From: Candidatus Kaiserbacteria bacterium
Lineage (GTDB): Bacteria; Patescibacteriota; Minisyncoccia; Phycocordibacterales; UBA2100
Length of the DNA stretch: 48,775 bases
Reading direction: 5' to 3'
Assembly (NCBI GenBank): GCA_028286865.1
Contig: JAQBQU010000008.1
Coordinates: 1-48,775 of the forward strand
Shown here: positions 1 through 12,362 of the stretch, in pieces
Layout: each line of letters begins with the position of its first letter
Numbering within the stretch: position 1 is the first letter of the stretch
The notes under the pieces: model-generated
What the model was told of the DNA's origin: nothing
The model's input: the letters and a program-made list of their open reading frames with translations, nothing else
Databases searched by the model: none
Program-made: the position numbers and the translations under genes

Positions 1-3000
1 CGGTCGAGAATGAGAGTGGGCCGGTGACGGAGACCGATGAGAAGCCTCCTGCGCCGTTGCCGTAGAGGATAGATGAACCTGAGGTTGCCGGTGCGTAGTC
101 GGTACCGGAGACCGCTGCGATGAACGAGCCGCCGGTTGTCGTCTTCACCAAATTGCCGGATGCGATGGATGAGACCGTGAGGTTGGTGCTCGATGCGAGA
201 GTTGAGAACAAGTTGGTCGAGGTGAGAGCGGTCGATGATGCGGTCGAGAGCGTTGTCTGGCCTGCGACGGCGAGGGTGCCGGTCGCAGTCAAGTTGCCGC
301 CGATGTATGCGCTACCCGCGACTGAAAGTTTCGCGAATGGAGAGGTGGTGCCGACGCCGAGATTGCCTGAATTTCCGCTGAGCACTGCGCCGCTTGCACC
401 TCCTACCAAAAGATTGCTGTTAACTTGTGTATTGCCCTGCGATGTAAATCCGTTAACGACCAAATTACCTGATGCATTCGAAGCTGTGGTTCCTATCTGA
501 AGGATGCCTGCGCCATTGCGGGAGACAAATATATCGCCATTGAACCCGACTGCGCCCGATGAAGAAAGGTTGGCCGTACCGCCGATATACGCATTGCCCG
601 TCGTGGTAGCGCCGCCATTTACTGTGAGTCCGCCTGTCTGCGTTCCATCACCAATTGTCGATGAGCCGGTCGCGAAGAGCGACGGGGCCTTGAAGAGCGT
701 GCCGTTGAACGTGAGCGCTGTGCCGGAGGTGATGCGCGTACCGTCGAAGTAGTTCACGCCATTGGTGACCTGGGTACCCGTCGCGGTACCGCCCTGATTG
801 ATACCAAGGATGCCGGCGATCTCAGCGGCAGAAAGCGATGTGGTCGCGACGACATTGCCTGCTGCGTCGGTCGCGAGGTAGCTGTTGGTGATGCCGCCGA
901 GCTTGAGGGAGCCGACCGCTGCAGCCTGAGCGAAGAGATTCGTCGATGACGCAGTCGTAGCGAAGAAGTTGGTGGAGGTCGCATTCGCGAGCGTGGTGTT
1001 GCCTAAGAATGAGTTCACGCCGGAGAACGTGTTGTTGTCGACGAGGTGTGTCGATGATGCCGCGGTGATTACGATATTCGAGGTGCCGTCGAAGCTCGTA
1101 CCGTTGATGGTGCGTGCGTTCTGAAGCGCAGTAGCGGTTCCGGCATTGCCGCCGATCGAGAGTGATGCGGCAGTACCGGTGAGCCCGGTGCCGGCACCGG
1201 TGAACGATGAGGCGGTGAAGACACCGACGACCGTCGAGGATGCCTGGGAAATGAATCCGCTTCCGAAGGTCTGAAGCGGCAACCAGACATTTGCGAGAGT
1301 CGTCTTCGGGATCGTGGTGGACGCGTTGATCACCGCTTCGACGCGCGCGTTGGTGAAGTACTGATTTGACCCTTCGCGGAGCGCCGAAGTGGTCGTGCCC
1401 GCGAGGTCCGCCGCAAAAAGATTCGTGGAATAGTATTTGTTCACGGTCCCCTGTGCGAGCGCGTCGGTCGTGGTGCCGGCGATGACGGATGCGACGCGAT
1501 TGTTGGTGAAGTAGAGATTACTGCCTTCGGCAAGCGCAGTGGTGGTGGTACCCGCGATAACACCCGCCACTCTATTCGTAGTGAAGTAGAGATTCGACCC
1601 TTCGGCTACGAGTGACGTCGTGTAGTCGCTACCGGTCGGGACGACGACGCCGGTGCGTCCGTTGAACGAGGTGACGCCGGAACCGCCGAGCGCGTAGTCG
1701 GTGCCCGGTACCGCCGCTACCACATTACCTGCCGCGTCGGTCTTCAACAGAGTTGATGGAGTGCCCGTGATGGCAAAGCTCGTGGTCGTCGCATTCGCGA
1801 GGGTCGTGCTGCCGTTGAAAATATTTGCGCCCGAGAATGTGTTGTTGGTCGTGGTGCCGAATGCGCTCGAGATCGTGCCTGACGTGTTCACGAGCGGATA
1901 TGCGAACGAGAGAGCGGACTGCTTATTGTTGAAGGTATTGAAGTCGGCGAATGAAAGGTAGCCGGCGGTGCCGGTCGTTGCCTGCGAGATGGTGAAGACG
2001 CCGGTCGCGGAGTTGTATGAGAGCGGGCCCGTGGCTGAGAGGCTTGTGGATGAGACTTTGTTGTTGAAGGTGGTCCAATTCGATGATGAAAGGAAGCCGT
2101 TCTGCGCGCCGGTGGCGAGCTGGCCGGCGGTGTAGTCGATGGAGATGACGCCGGAGCCGTTGTCGTTGAAGTCGTTGGTGGCGAAGGTCGCCGCGCCCTT
2201 AGTAGCGGCATCGGCGGCGGCGTTGTTGATCGAGAGTGTGCCTGTCGAGAAGCTCAGCGGACCCGATACCGAGACCGACGAGAAACCGCCTGAGCCGTTG
2301 CCGTACAAGATAGATGAGCCGGTCGTCACGGGCGCGTAATCGGTTGATGCCGCGGCGGCAACGACCTGTCCGAGCGCATTGGTCTTGAGCAGTGTCCCGG
2401 TGACGCCGGTGATCGCAAGATTGGTCGAGGTCGCGGTGCCGACGGTCGTGAGTCCGCCGATCACGCTCGAAGATGCTTGAGAAACGAATCCGCCGGAGAG
2501 CGTCGAGAGGCCTGATGTATTCAATGTGTTCGAGAGGACAGTAGCACCGGTGACGGCAAATGCACCCTGCACGATCGCCTTGCCGGTCGTCGTCGCACCG
2601 CCGCTCACGGTGAGGCCGCCGGCCTGCGTGCCATTGCCGATCGTAGAAGAGGCATACACGGCGAAGCCGCTCGTGAATGTCTGGATCTGGCTCCAGGTAT
2701 TGGCTGTAGTGGTGCCGAATGCGAGCGAGAGATTGTTACCGGAGAAAAGGATCGGGTATGAGGCAGTGATCGGCGCCTGGAAATCGGTACCGGCAACGGC
2801 AGCGGTGAAAGCGCTCGCGCCGTTGCCCTTTACGAGGCCCGTGAGCGAATTCACCCCGGTGCCGCCGCTGCCGACCGCGAGCGCGTTCGTAAGATTGAGC
2901 GAATTCGCGTTGAGCGTCGAGGTGAAGGTCGATGATGCGCTCACGATGGTACCGATCGTCGTGGTCGGAGCGAGTGCGCCGCCGACGATCGACCAGGTCG

Positions 3001-6000
3001 AATTATTGGCGAGCGCCCCGGAGTTCACGTAATCCACGCCGGCGACCGCCGGAACTACTTGGCCCAAGGCGTTGGTCTTGAGAATGGTGCCGGCCACTCC
3101 CGTGATCGCAAGGCCGGAGGTGGTCGCGGTACCGGCGACCGAGAGCGACTGTCCGGCGACCGCGGCCGGGAATGTGTAGTTGCCCGCACCGAAGGTACCG
3201 CCGGTCGTCGTGATGACGCCTGTTCCGGAATTGTATGAAATGACACCCGTGCCGGAGATGGAGTTCGCTCCGAGCTTATTGTTGAACGTCGTCCAGTCGG
3301 TCGATGAGAGATAGCCGTCGTTGGTACTGCTCGCTTGTGAGATCGAGTACGTACCGGTGGTGCTGTTGAAATTCAGCGGGCCGGCGGCAAAGAGTGATGC
3401 GCGCACGCGCGCAGGAGTGAAGTACTGATTGGCGGTACCCTCGCGCAGTGCGTCTGTCGTCGTTGCGTACCAGTTCGCGAGCGAAAGATAGCTCGTCAGC
3501 GTCGATGGCGCGACGTAATCAGTTCCCGGTGTCGCCGCAACGACCGAGCCGTTTGCATTGGCTTTCAGGATCGCGTTGGTGAGATTCGTGATAGCAAAGC
3601 TCGTGGAGGTCGCATTCGCGAGTGTCGTTGCACCATTAAATGTGTTCGTGCCCGCGAACGTGTTGTTGGTCGTGGTAGAGAACGCGGTCGAGACCGTGGT
3701 GCCCGTGACAGAGAGCGGATAGGTGAAGGCGAGGACGTCCTGCTTATTGCCGAAGGTGGTCCAATCTGCGGCCGAGAGGTACCCGCCCTGCGTGCCGTTC
3801 GCCTGCTGTATGGAGAAGGTGCCGGTCGTACTGTTGTAGAGGACCGGAGCGGTCGCAGAAAGACTGTTGAGGGACAATTTGTTATTGAATGTGGTCCAAT
3901 CGCCGGCCGAGAGATAGCCGCCTTGTGAACCGCTCGCCTGGTCGATCGCAAGATTGTTGTTCACGAACGAGAGCGGCCCCGATACGGAGCTGATGCGGTT
4001 CTGGTATGCGCTCGTCCACTCGGTGGTCGATGCGGTGAGCGGGATCGTATAGCCGGCGGTGAGCGAGATAGCGCCGGTCGACGTGCTGTATGAAAGTCCT
4101 GCGGCCGCCGATGAGAGGGCGTTGCGGGCGCGGAGATTCGTGAAATAGAGGTTGTTCGTGCCTTCGTGCAATGCATCGGTCGTTGTTGCGTACCAATCAG
4201 TGAGCGCAAGGAAATTCAGAAGGAGCGGGCCGGTCACATAATCAGTACCCGATACTGCCGGGATCACATTACCGAATGCGTCGGTCTTGAGCAGTGATGA
4301 TGTGGCGTTCGTGATCGCGAGGCTGGTGGTTGTCGCAGCGACTCCATATATAGAGCCGCCGGTGATCGCGACGCTCGTAGCTGCCTGCGTGGCGATAGAT
4401 CCGAGCCCGAGATTTTGTCGCGCGTTGAGAGCGTTGTTCGCACCGGTACCGCCGCTTATGACAGCAAGCGCTGTACCGAGCGTGAGCGAGCCGCCGATAT
4501 AGCTGCTGCCCGTTGTTGTCGCGCCTCCATATATAGTGAGGCCGCCGTTTTGCGTACCGTTGCCGAACGTGGATGATGCACTGACCAAGACACCGAGCGT
4601 CGTGGTCGGTGTGAGAGCGCCATAGCGCATCATCCAGTTCTGGTCACTGGAGGACACTGCGCCGGTCGCATAGTCGACACCCGGGATCGCAGGTACGACC
4701 TGGCCCAAGGCGTTGGTCTTGAGGATGGTGCCCGGGACATTAATGATGGCAAGATCCGATGACGTCGCCGTCCCCGAAACCTTAAAGCCACCCGTCACCG
4801 TTGAATCCGCGCCTGCAGCAAATCCGCCGGTAAATGTAGAGGCGGAATCTACGATAAGCTCTGCGGTGTTATGAGTCGCAACGAAGTTTGCAGTTCCGGA
4901 GAATGTTGGGCTCGCTGAGAACACGACCGAGCCGGGAGTTCCGGTCTCATCGGTCAGGTATGCGGCGAGCTTCGCGGATGTATTAAGTGAGGTCGCATCG
5001 AGATAATCCGATCCTGCCACTGCTGCAAACACGAATCCGTTGGCATCCGTCCTCAAAAGCGACGATGTTGCGCTCGTTATCGCGAAGTTCGTCGTGGTCG
5101 CACCATTGAGACCGATCGTGAAGTTCGGAGAGAACATATAACCGCCGTTGCCGTCTCCGATCAGGAACTGGCCGTATGTCGGAGCGGTCGAGGTGCCGGT
5201 ACCGCCGCTCGCGATGCCAAGGGCCGTATCGAGGGTAAGCGAGCTCGAAGAGGCGCCCGCCGCGAAGACCTGCAGTGCATTCCATGTATTCGCGCTTGAA
5301 AAGTCTATAGAAAGGCTCCCCGAGGAAGTAACGCTGCCCGTAAGCCCGCCGGTTCCGGAGACGCTCGTGACCGAGCCGTTGCCTCCGCCGCCTCCGCCGC
5401 CGAAGGAGGCCGGGGGGATAGTGACCGAAATGATCGGATTGCTCGCAGTGCCGGTGATGGTCACATTGCTGCTCCCGGCCTTAATACCATTGACGACATT
5501 CGACGCAAAGATGCGTCCGCCCTGCAGGTCGATATCAGCGCCCGAGGTCGTGATGCCGCCGTTGGCCGCGATGGATCCGTCAAAGACAGAAGGTCCGGCG
5601 ACGAACACGCTCCCGGCGAGCCGCGCGGTTCCGGCGACAGCGAGCGAAGTCGTTCGCACCGCACCGGCAGAAATTCCTGCCGCCGTCAGCTGATCGGAGA
5701 ATGTCGCGGCGCCGTCGACCGACAACGTCTTCTTGATAGAAAGCGGAACACCGACTTCCATGACACCCGATGTGAAATCCGGTCGCGAGACCAGGGTGTT
5801 GCCGATGACGAGTTTGGCAGAATCATTTATCTGTACCGACGAGAGCGCGGCGGAAGCAGTATCTGAAAGTACGGTCGACGTCGCCGCGGATGCTTCCGCG
5901 ACCGATGCTGCGGCGAGATTTTTCGAAGAACCGTTTCCGCCTCGTACTGCCGAGACCACGGATCCGACATCCGCGAACAAATGATGTGCGTTGGTGGAAA

Positions 6001-6514
6001 TGCTGTTCGCGATCCCCTTGAAGGTGCCCGGGTTGATCATCGCAAAAGCAGTGACCGAGAAAAGGAGCGACGTCAGTATCACCGCCGGGAAGACCATGAT
6101 CGGACTCACTACTGCAGGCTGCTGCATGGCCCGCACTTTTTTCGCGACCGGAGTGCCAACGACCGGAGTCGCAGGGAACAAATTGTTCAGGTCGTGTACG
6201 ACCGGGACGGATGCAGAGAAGGCGACGTATGTACTGATAGGAGCAGCGGGTGCGCTCGATGCACGATTGCCCTGATATTCCTTGATCCGCTGATCGCGCA
6301 ATTCCTGGGCTTGTATCTTCTTCTCGCTCTCTCGCTTTGCGATATATGAGGTGAGCTTATCCGCCTCTACATACCATGTGTGCCCGATCAAACGACCGGG
6401 CACCTTCTCTTCGCGGCACAATCGCGAGATATAGTCGGACGATAATCCGAACAATGCACCCGCCTCCTTTGAGCCGACAAATCGCTTCCCCTCAATGAGA
6501 ATTTCGTTCGTCAT
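1..6514 (-). CDS. Giant repeat-rich surface/fibre-like membrane protein with N-terminal HTH domain (3' end outside window, >2170 aa)
   Basis: Translated by hand from ATG at 6514: MTNEILIEGKRFVGSKEAGALFGLSSDYISRLCREEKVPGRLIGHTWYVEADKL, then a TM segment (IMVFPAVILTSLLFSVTAFAMI), then T/S/G/A-rich repeats. The same frame still reads GTDYAPATSGSSILYGNGAGGFSSVSVTGPLSFST at base 2. The ORF track lists no stop-terminated ORF in this frame within 1-6514. Confidence 0.9.
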   Translation of the reverse strand, partial: MTNEILIEGKRFVGSKEAGALFGLSSDYISRLCREEKVPGRLIGHTWYVEADKLTSYIAKRESEKKIQAQELRDQRIKEYQGNRASSAPAAPISTYVAFSASVPVVHDLNNLFPATPVVGTPVAKKVRAMQQPAVVSPIMVFPAVILTSLLFSVTAFAMINPGTFKGIANSISTNAHHLFADVGSVVSAVRGGNGSSKNLAAASVAEASAATSTVLSDTASAALSSVQINDSAKLVIGNTLVSRPDFTSGVMEVGVPLSIKKTLSVDGAATFSDQLTAAGISAGAVRTTSLAVAGTARLAGSVFVAGPSVFDGSIAANGGITTSGADIDLQGGRIFASNVVNGIKAGSSNVTITGTASNPIISVTIPPASFGGGGGGGNGSVTSVSGTGGLTGSVTSSGSLSIDFSSANTWNALQVFAAGASSSSLTLDTALGIASGGTGTSTAPTYGQFLIGDGNGGYMFSPNFTIGLNGATTTNFAITSATSSLLRTDANGFVFAAVAGSDYLDATSLNTSAKLAAYLTDETGTPGSVVFSASPTFSGTANFVATHNTAELIVDSASTFTGGFAAGADSTVTGGFKVSGTATSSDLAIINVPGTILKTNALGQVVPAIPGVDYATGAVSSSDQNWMMRYGALTPTTTLGVLVSASSTFGNGTQNGGLTIYGGATTTGSSYIGGSLTLGTALAVISGGTGANNALNARQNLGLGSIATQAATSVAITGGSIYGVAATTTSLAITNATSSLLKTDAFGNVIPAVSGTDYVTGPLLLNFLALTDWYATTTDALHEGTNNLYFTNLRARNALSSAAAGLSYSTSTGAISLTAGYTIPLTASTTEWTSAYQNRISSVSGPLSFVNNNLAIDQASGSQGGYLSAGDWTTFNNKLSLNSLSATAPVLYNSTTGTFSIQQANGTQGGYLSAADWTTFGNKQDVLAFTYPLSVTGTTVSTAFSTTTNNTFAGTNTFNGATTLANATSTSFAITNLTNAILKANANGSVVAATPGTDYVAPSTLTSYLSLANWYATTTDALREGTANQYFTPARVRASLFAAGPLNFNSTTGTYSISQASSTNDGYLSSTDWTTFNNKLGANSISGTGVISYNSGTGVITTTGGTFGAGNYTFPAAVAGQSLSVAGTATTSGLAITGVAGTILKTNALGQVVPAVAGVDYVNSGALANNSTWSIVGGALAPTTTIGTIVSASSTFTSTLNANSLNLTNALAVGSGGTGVNSLTGLVKGNGASAFTAAVAGTDFQAPITASYPILFSGNNLSLAFGTTTANTWSQIQTFTSGFAVYASSTIGNGTQAGGLTVSGGATTTGKAIVQGAFAVTGATVLSNTLNTSGLSTLSGGFVSQASSSVIGGLTTVGTATSTNLAITGVTGTLLKTNALGQVVAAAASTDYAPVTTGSSILYGNGSGGFSSVSVSGPLSFSTGTLSINNAAADAATKGAATFATNDFNDNGSGVISIDYTAGQLATGAQNGFLSSSNWTTFNNKVSSTSLSATGPLSYNSATGVFTISQATTGTAGYLSFADFNTFNNKQSALSFAYPLVNTSGTISSAFGTTTNNTFSGANIFNGSTTLANATTTSFAITGTPSTLLKTDAAGNVVAAVPGTDYALGGSGVTSFNGRTGVVVPTGSDYTTSLVAEGSNLYFTTNRVAGVIAGTTTTALAEGSNLYFTNNRVASVIAGTTTDALAQGTVNKYYSTNLFAADLAGTTTSALREGSNQYFTNARVEAVINASTTIPKTTLANVWLPLQTFGSGFISQASSTVVGVFTASSFTGAGTGLTGTAASLSIGGNAGTATALQNARTINGTSFDGTSNIVITAASSTHLVDNNTFSGVNSFLGNTTLANATSTNFFATTASSTNLFAQAAAVGSLKLGGITNSYLATDAAGNVVATTSLSAAEIAGILGINQGGTATGTQVTNGVNYFDGTRITSGTALTFNGTLFKAPSLFATGSSTIGDGTQTGGLTVNGGATTTGNAYIGGTANLSSSGAVGFNGDIFVSRNGAGILQIGTTASNASGNLVVNGFTSQGNTQVNSNLLVGGASGAVLSGNSGNLGVGTTSPFAKLSVAGSAYIGGNLTATGTLAVAGQTTLSTASSTALTSTNLFSTLASSTNLTVSSIASGNLVKTTTGGSFIAAVSGTDYAPATSGSSILYGNGAGGFSSVSVTGPLSFST

Positions 6515-6882
6515 TTATGAAGTGAGTGGGGTCCAAAAAACGTATGAAGATTCGTTCATGCACGAAGTCGTATCAGCGAAATCGCTAGCGTTTGTTATGT
6601 TTTTCGTGCAAACGAACATATCAATAAGATATACATATTTTACTTCACGAAACGTACATGAAGATAAAATTTCCCCTCGTGTGGGGAGAACTATTGAAAA
6701 AAATTCCGCACGCGGAAAATATTTTATATGCACGAAAAAGCACTCGTTCTTCTAGCGGCAATTCACTACAGGGCATTTAAAACGCTCTCACGAGAACAAG
6801 TCCTGCGATCGCCCGAGGATCGCATCCACGAACATGCATTTTCTCACAGCACATCCGGATGTTGAGTTTTGGTACGGCATGT

Positions 6883-6943
6883 TCTCGGCATCCGAGATAT
6901 GCCTATAAAAGCTATATATTATGCGAATCTCGGATGCCCGAGA
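6883..6943. repeat. REP-like palindromic element, copy 1 (CTCGG..CCGAG family)
   Basis: 12-bp inverted repeat GGCATCCGAGAT (6887-6898) / ATCTCGGATGCC (6927-6938); each arm is itself part of a short palindrome; lies just downstream of the epsilon gene. Confidence 0.6.
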
Positions 6944-6952
6944 GTTGAGCTT

Positions 6953-9559
<2,607 letters not shown>

Positions 9560-9572
<13 letters not shown>

Positions 9573-11020
9573 ATTTTTTCAAAGACATCGTGTTTGGACC
9601 CCATAAGGCTCAGATATGCATCGAGCGGCATCCCTGCGCGCGCACCCGCGCGAAGCTCCTGCAGGTCCGGATCGTCTTCGATCGCTTTTCGCAGTTTTTC
9701 TTTATTGGTCACAAAAAATTCCACTTCTTTCTCTTCCAGGAAAGGTGTCAGCGTGAGCGCGACGAGCGGTACCTGCGCATCCGCAGGGATCGTGTCCCCC
9801 GGATTCTGCCGCAGTGCGTACTCGAGCATTTCGCCGAGTTTAAGCGCCGCGCGCACGTCGTCCTTCAGCTGCACGCTGAACTGCGAATATTCACGCTGCT
9901 GGCGGAATTTGCTGAGATGCAATCGCACGCGGGCCGAAAGCTGCTTTTGGGTCAGCGTCTGCGCCTGGCGACCCATACGTGTGACGGAGCGCTCTTCGTT
10001 GATGGCCGGGTAAATGCCCTGACCCTGGAGTTCCGGCACGAACATAAGGTGCCCGTCGGTACACGACATGAGGTTGGTCGGAATGATACTCGAAAAGTTC
10101 TGTGCCTCGGTCGCGACGACCGGGAGCGTTGTGATGGACCCGCCGCCGTGCTCTTTCACAAAAGTGCCGGAGCGCTCCATAAGGTGCGCCTGCTGATAGA
10201 AGAGATCTCCCGGATACGATTCTCTGCCCGGCAAGCGCTCTTCAAGGAGTGCAATTTCGCGCAGGTATTTCGCGTGCGCATCCAGGTCGTCGAGAATGAC
10301 GAGCACGTCTTTGCCCTGCTTCTGAAAATGCTCCGCGATCGCGAAGCCGACCGAGGGTGCTATCGCAATACGCGACGGCAGCTGGTCGGAAAGCGCAGCG
10401 ATGATCATCACTTTGGCACCTTCTTTACCGGTGAGTATCTCGCGCGAGACGCGCCCGAGCTCGCTCACGGATTTGCCGATGAGCACGTAGATGCTCACGA
10501 AATCCGCCGCTTTCTGGTGCCGCACGACGTCGATCAAAAAAGATGACTTACCCGCATGATCGCCGCCGAATATGAGCTGACGCTGACCGGTCGCAATGGG
10601 AAGCAGCGTGTCCACCAGGGTACACCCCGTGTAGAGCTGGTCTTTGACCGGAACGCGCAGCTCGATGCCGGGTGCATCCGCATCAAGAACGAGCGGGATA
10701 TCACCTACGGGAAATGACTTCCCCCCGTCGATCGGTTCGCCGAGCGAATTGATGACACGACCGAATAGATGATCGCCGAGGGCGAGCAGGTACGGCTCGC
10801 GCGGCAGCATGTATCGCGTGCCGGCGCGCACATAGACCGGATCAAGTGCTAACGCCATCACGTATGAATCCGAGAGCGACTGCACGAGTGCGCGATTGCC
10901 GTCCTTATCGACGATGATGTCGTTGATCTTCGCCGACGGTAGCCCTTCCACGAAGAATACGTACCGCTTCGCGCGGGTAACGAATCCGATCTCACGGGCT
11001 GTGGTGAGATCCGCCATCAT
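9560..11020 (-). CDS. atpA: F1-ATPase alpha subunit (divergent)
   Basis: GRVINSLGEPIDG, GQRQLIFGGDHAGKSS, PGRESYPGDLFY, GSITTLPVV, IPTNLMSCTDG, SVTRMG (arginine finger). Confidence 0.95.
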
Positions 11021-11535
11021 AGCTTTTGTACCAACGACAGTATCGCGGCGCGCTGCTTGTCGGCGAAGTATGAGAATGAAAAGTCATGGAACGTATTTTT
11101 GTATACGAAAGCGCACCCGCCGACGGCTTCGGGATCGATCTTGATATCGAGCAGGATATCCGGCTGCACTTGGGCACGGCACCATTCCCCGATGCGCTCT
11201 ATCTGCGAGAGCGCAAAATGCACCGGAATGTAAAGCGTCAATTTCGGCAATGAAGCCGCGAGAGACTTGAGCAGCTTGATGCGCTCGTACACATTTTTCT
11301 CCGTATAGAGATCAAGAACAGCGTCCCCCCATGCCGCTACCGCATGTGCATGCTGCACAGTTTCCGGGTCGCCTTGAGCGTAGAATGAGACGATCAGCTC
11401 CGCGCGCGACCCCGTTTTTGGCGTCGTTCCGAAAAAGAAATGCTCGAGAAAGGTCTGCAGAATATCCGCGCGCCGATGCAGATCGGATATGCAGAACGTA
11501 TTTTTCAGCACTGACGGAGGGATCACGTGTTCCAT
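11017..11535 (-). CDS. atpH: Delta/OSCP-like subunit
   Basis: C-terminal LLDIKIDPEAVGGCAFVYKNTFHDFS matches the delta signature (VDPxLIGG...DxS); occupies the atpH position; N-terminal half not recognisable. Confidence 0.75.
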   Translation of the reverse strand: MEHVIPPSVLKNTFCISDLHRRADILQTFLEHFFFGTTPKTGSRAELIVSFYAQGDPETVQHAHAVAAWGDAVLDLYTEKNVYERIKLLKSLAASLPKLTLYIPVHFALSQIERIGEWCRAQVQPDILLDIKIDPEAVGGCAFVYKNTFHDFSFSYFADKQRAAILSLVQKL

Positions 11536-11537
11536 AA

Positions 11538-12323
11538 TCAGATTATTCCCGCGGTGCGGGCTTCCTTGAGCGCATTGTCGACAAGCTCGGCGTGCTCATC
11601 CGGAGTGAGCGTCTTTCGCAGGACGACCTTGGAGGTCTCGGTGATGAGGTCCGCCATATGTTCATCCACCAGGCGCTTTCTCGCCTTCTGATATTCCGCC
11701 ACTTCGGCCTGAGCGGCCGCGAGCAGTTGGTCGATGCGTTCATCAATGCGCTTCTCACCCTTCCCCGAGACATCGTCGAAGGCTTTTTTGAAGCTCTCAG
11801 CCAGCGTGTGCGTACTTTCTTCCATGCCGCGGCGCATGTCGGCCATCTCTGCCTGACTTTGTTTGAAAAAATTATCGAGTTCCTGCTGCACGCGCTCCAT
11901 ACGCGTCTTGAGCTCCGCTCCCTGCGCCTCGATCTCGTGCGCGATGCTGATCGACAGTTCCGCTTGTGCGCTGTGTGCTTTCTCGCTGCTCTCGGTCATT
12001 GAATGCTTTGCTGCCGTCGCAAGCTCTTCCAGAGACTTCTGGTACGTCTGTGCGTGCGCCTCGATGTCGACTCGCTGTTTTTCGATCAGTGCGGATACGG
12101 ACTGCTGCGCCTGAGCCATCATCGTACGCGCCGCCTCATGCGCCTCATTGACGATGTGATCCGCTTCGGCCTGGGATTGCGAGCGCGCATATTCGTAGAG
12201 CGGCTGAGTGAGCCGTTGCACGCGCATCCCCGTTATCACCTGGAGCACGAGGAGGACGATGAGCCCGATGACAAGACCGAGAGCCAGAGCGATGACGGTC
12301 GCGGCAGATAGTGAAGTGATCAT
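11538..12323 (-). CDS. atpF: Subunit b-like peripheral stalk protein, elongated (261 aa)
   Basis: Single N-terminal TM, long A/E/Q/K-rich coiled coil, b-type C-terminus (MADLITETSKVVLRKTLTPDEHAELVDNALKE); occupies the atpF position. Confidence 0.75.
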   Translation of the reverse strand: MITSLSAATVIALALGLVIGLIVLLVLQVITGMRVQRLTQPLYEYARSQSQAEADHIVNEAHEAARTMMAQAQQSVSALIEKQRVDIEAHAQTYQKSLEELATAAKHSMTESSEKAHSAQAELSISIAHEIEAQGAELKTRMERVQQELDNFFKQSQAEMADMRRGMEESTHTLAESFKKAFDDVSGKGEKRIDERIDQLLAAAQAEVAEYQKARKRLVDEHMADLITETSKVVLRKTLTPDEHAELVDNALKEARTAGII

Positions 12324-12362
12324 AATAATTTATATTCGAGTAATAATAACGTTATTTTTTGC

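Noticed and set aside
1340-1625. Tandem ~75-bp repeats resembling a CRISPR or nucleotide array
   Set aside because: They are conserved at the protein level with synonymous variation, have no repeat-spacer structure, and no cas genes are present.
120-6349. Many short ORFs on both strands in the track over 1-6.3 kb
   Set aside because: They are shadows of the single giant minus-strand ORF, which is absent from the track only because its stop is outside the window.
6515-6733. 72-aa minus ORF in frame with, and stopping right before, the giant gene (possible readthrough)
   Set aside because: AT-rich, palindrome-rich intergenic sequence with no protein-like features; the giant protein's start aligns with the starts of the other HTH proteins.
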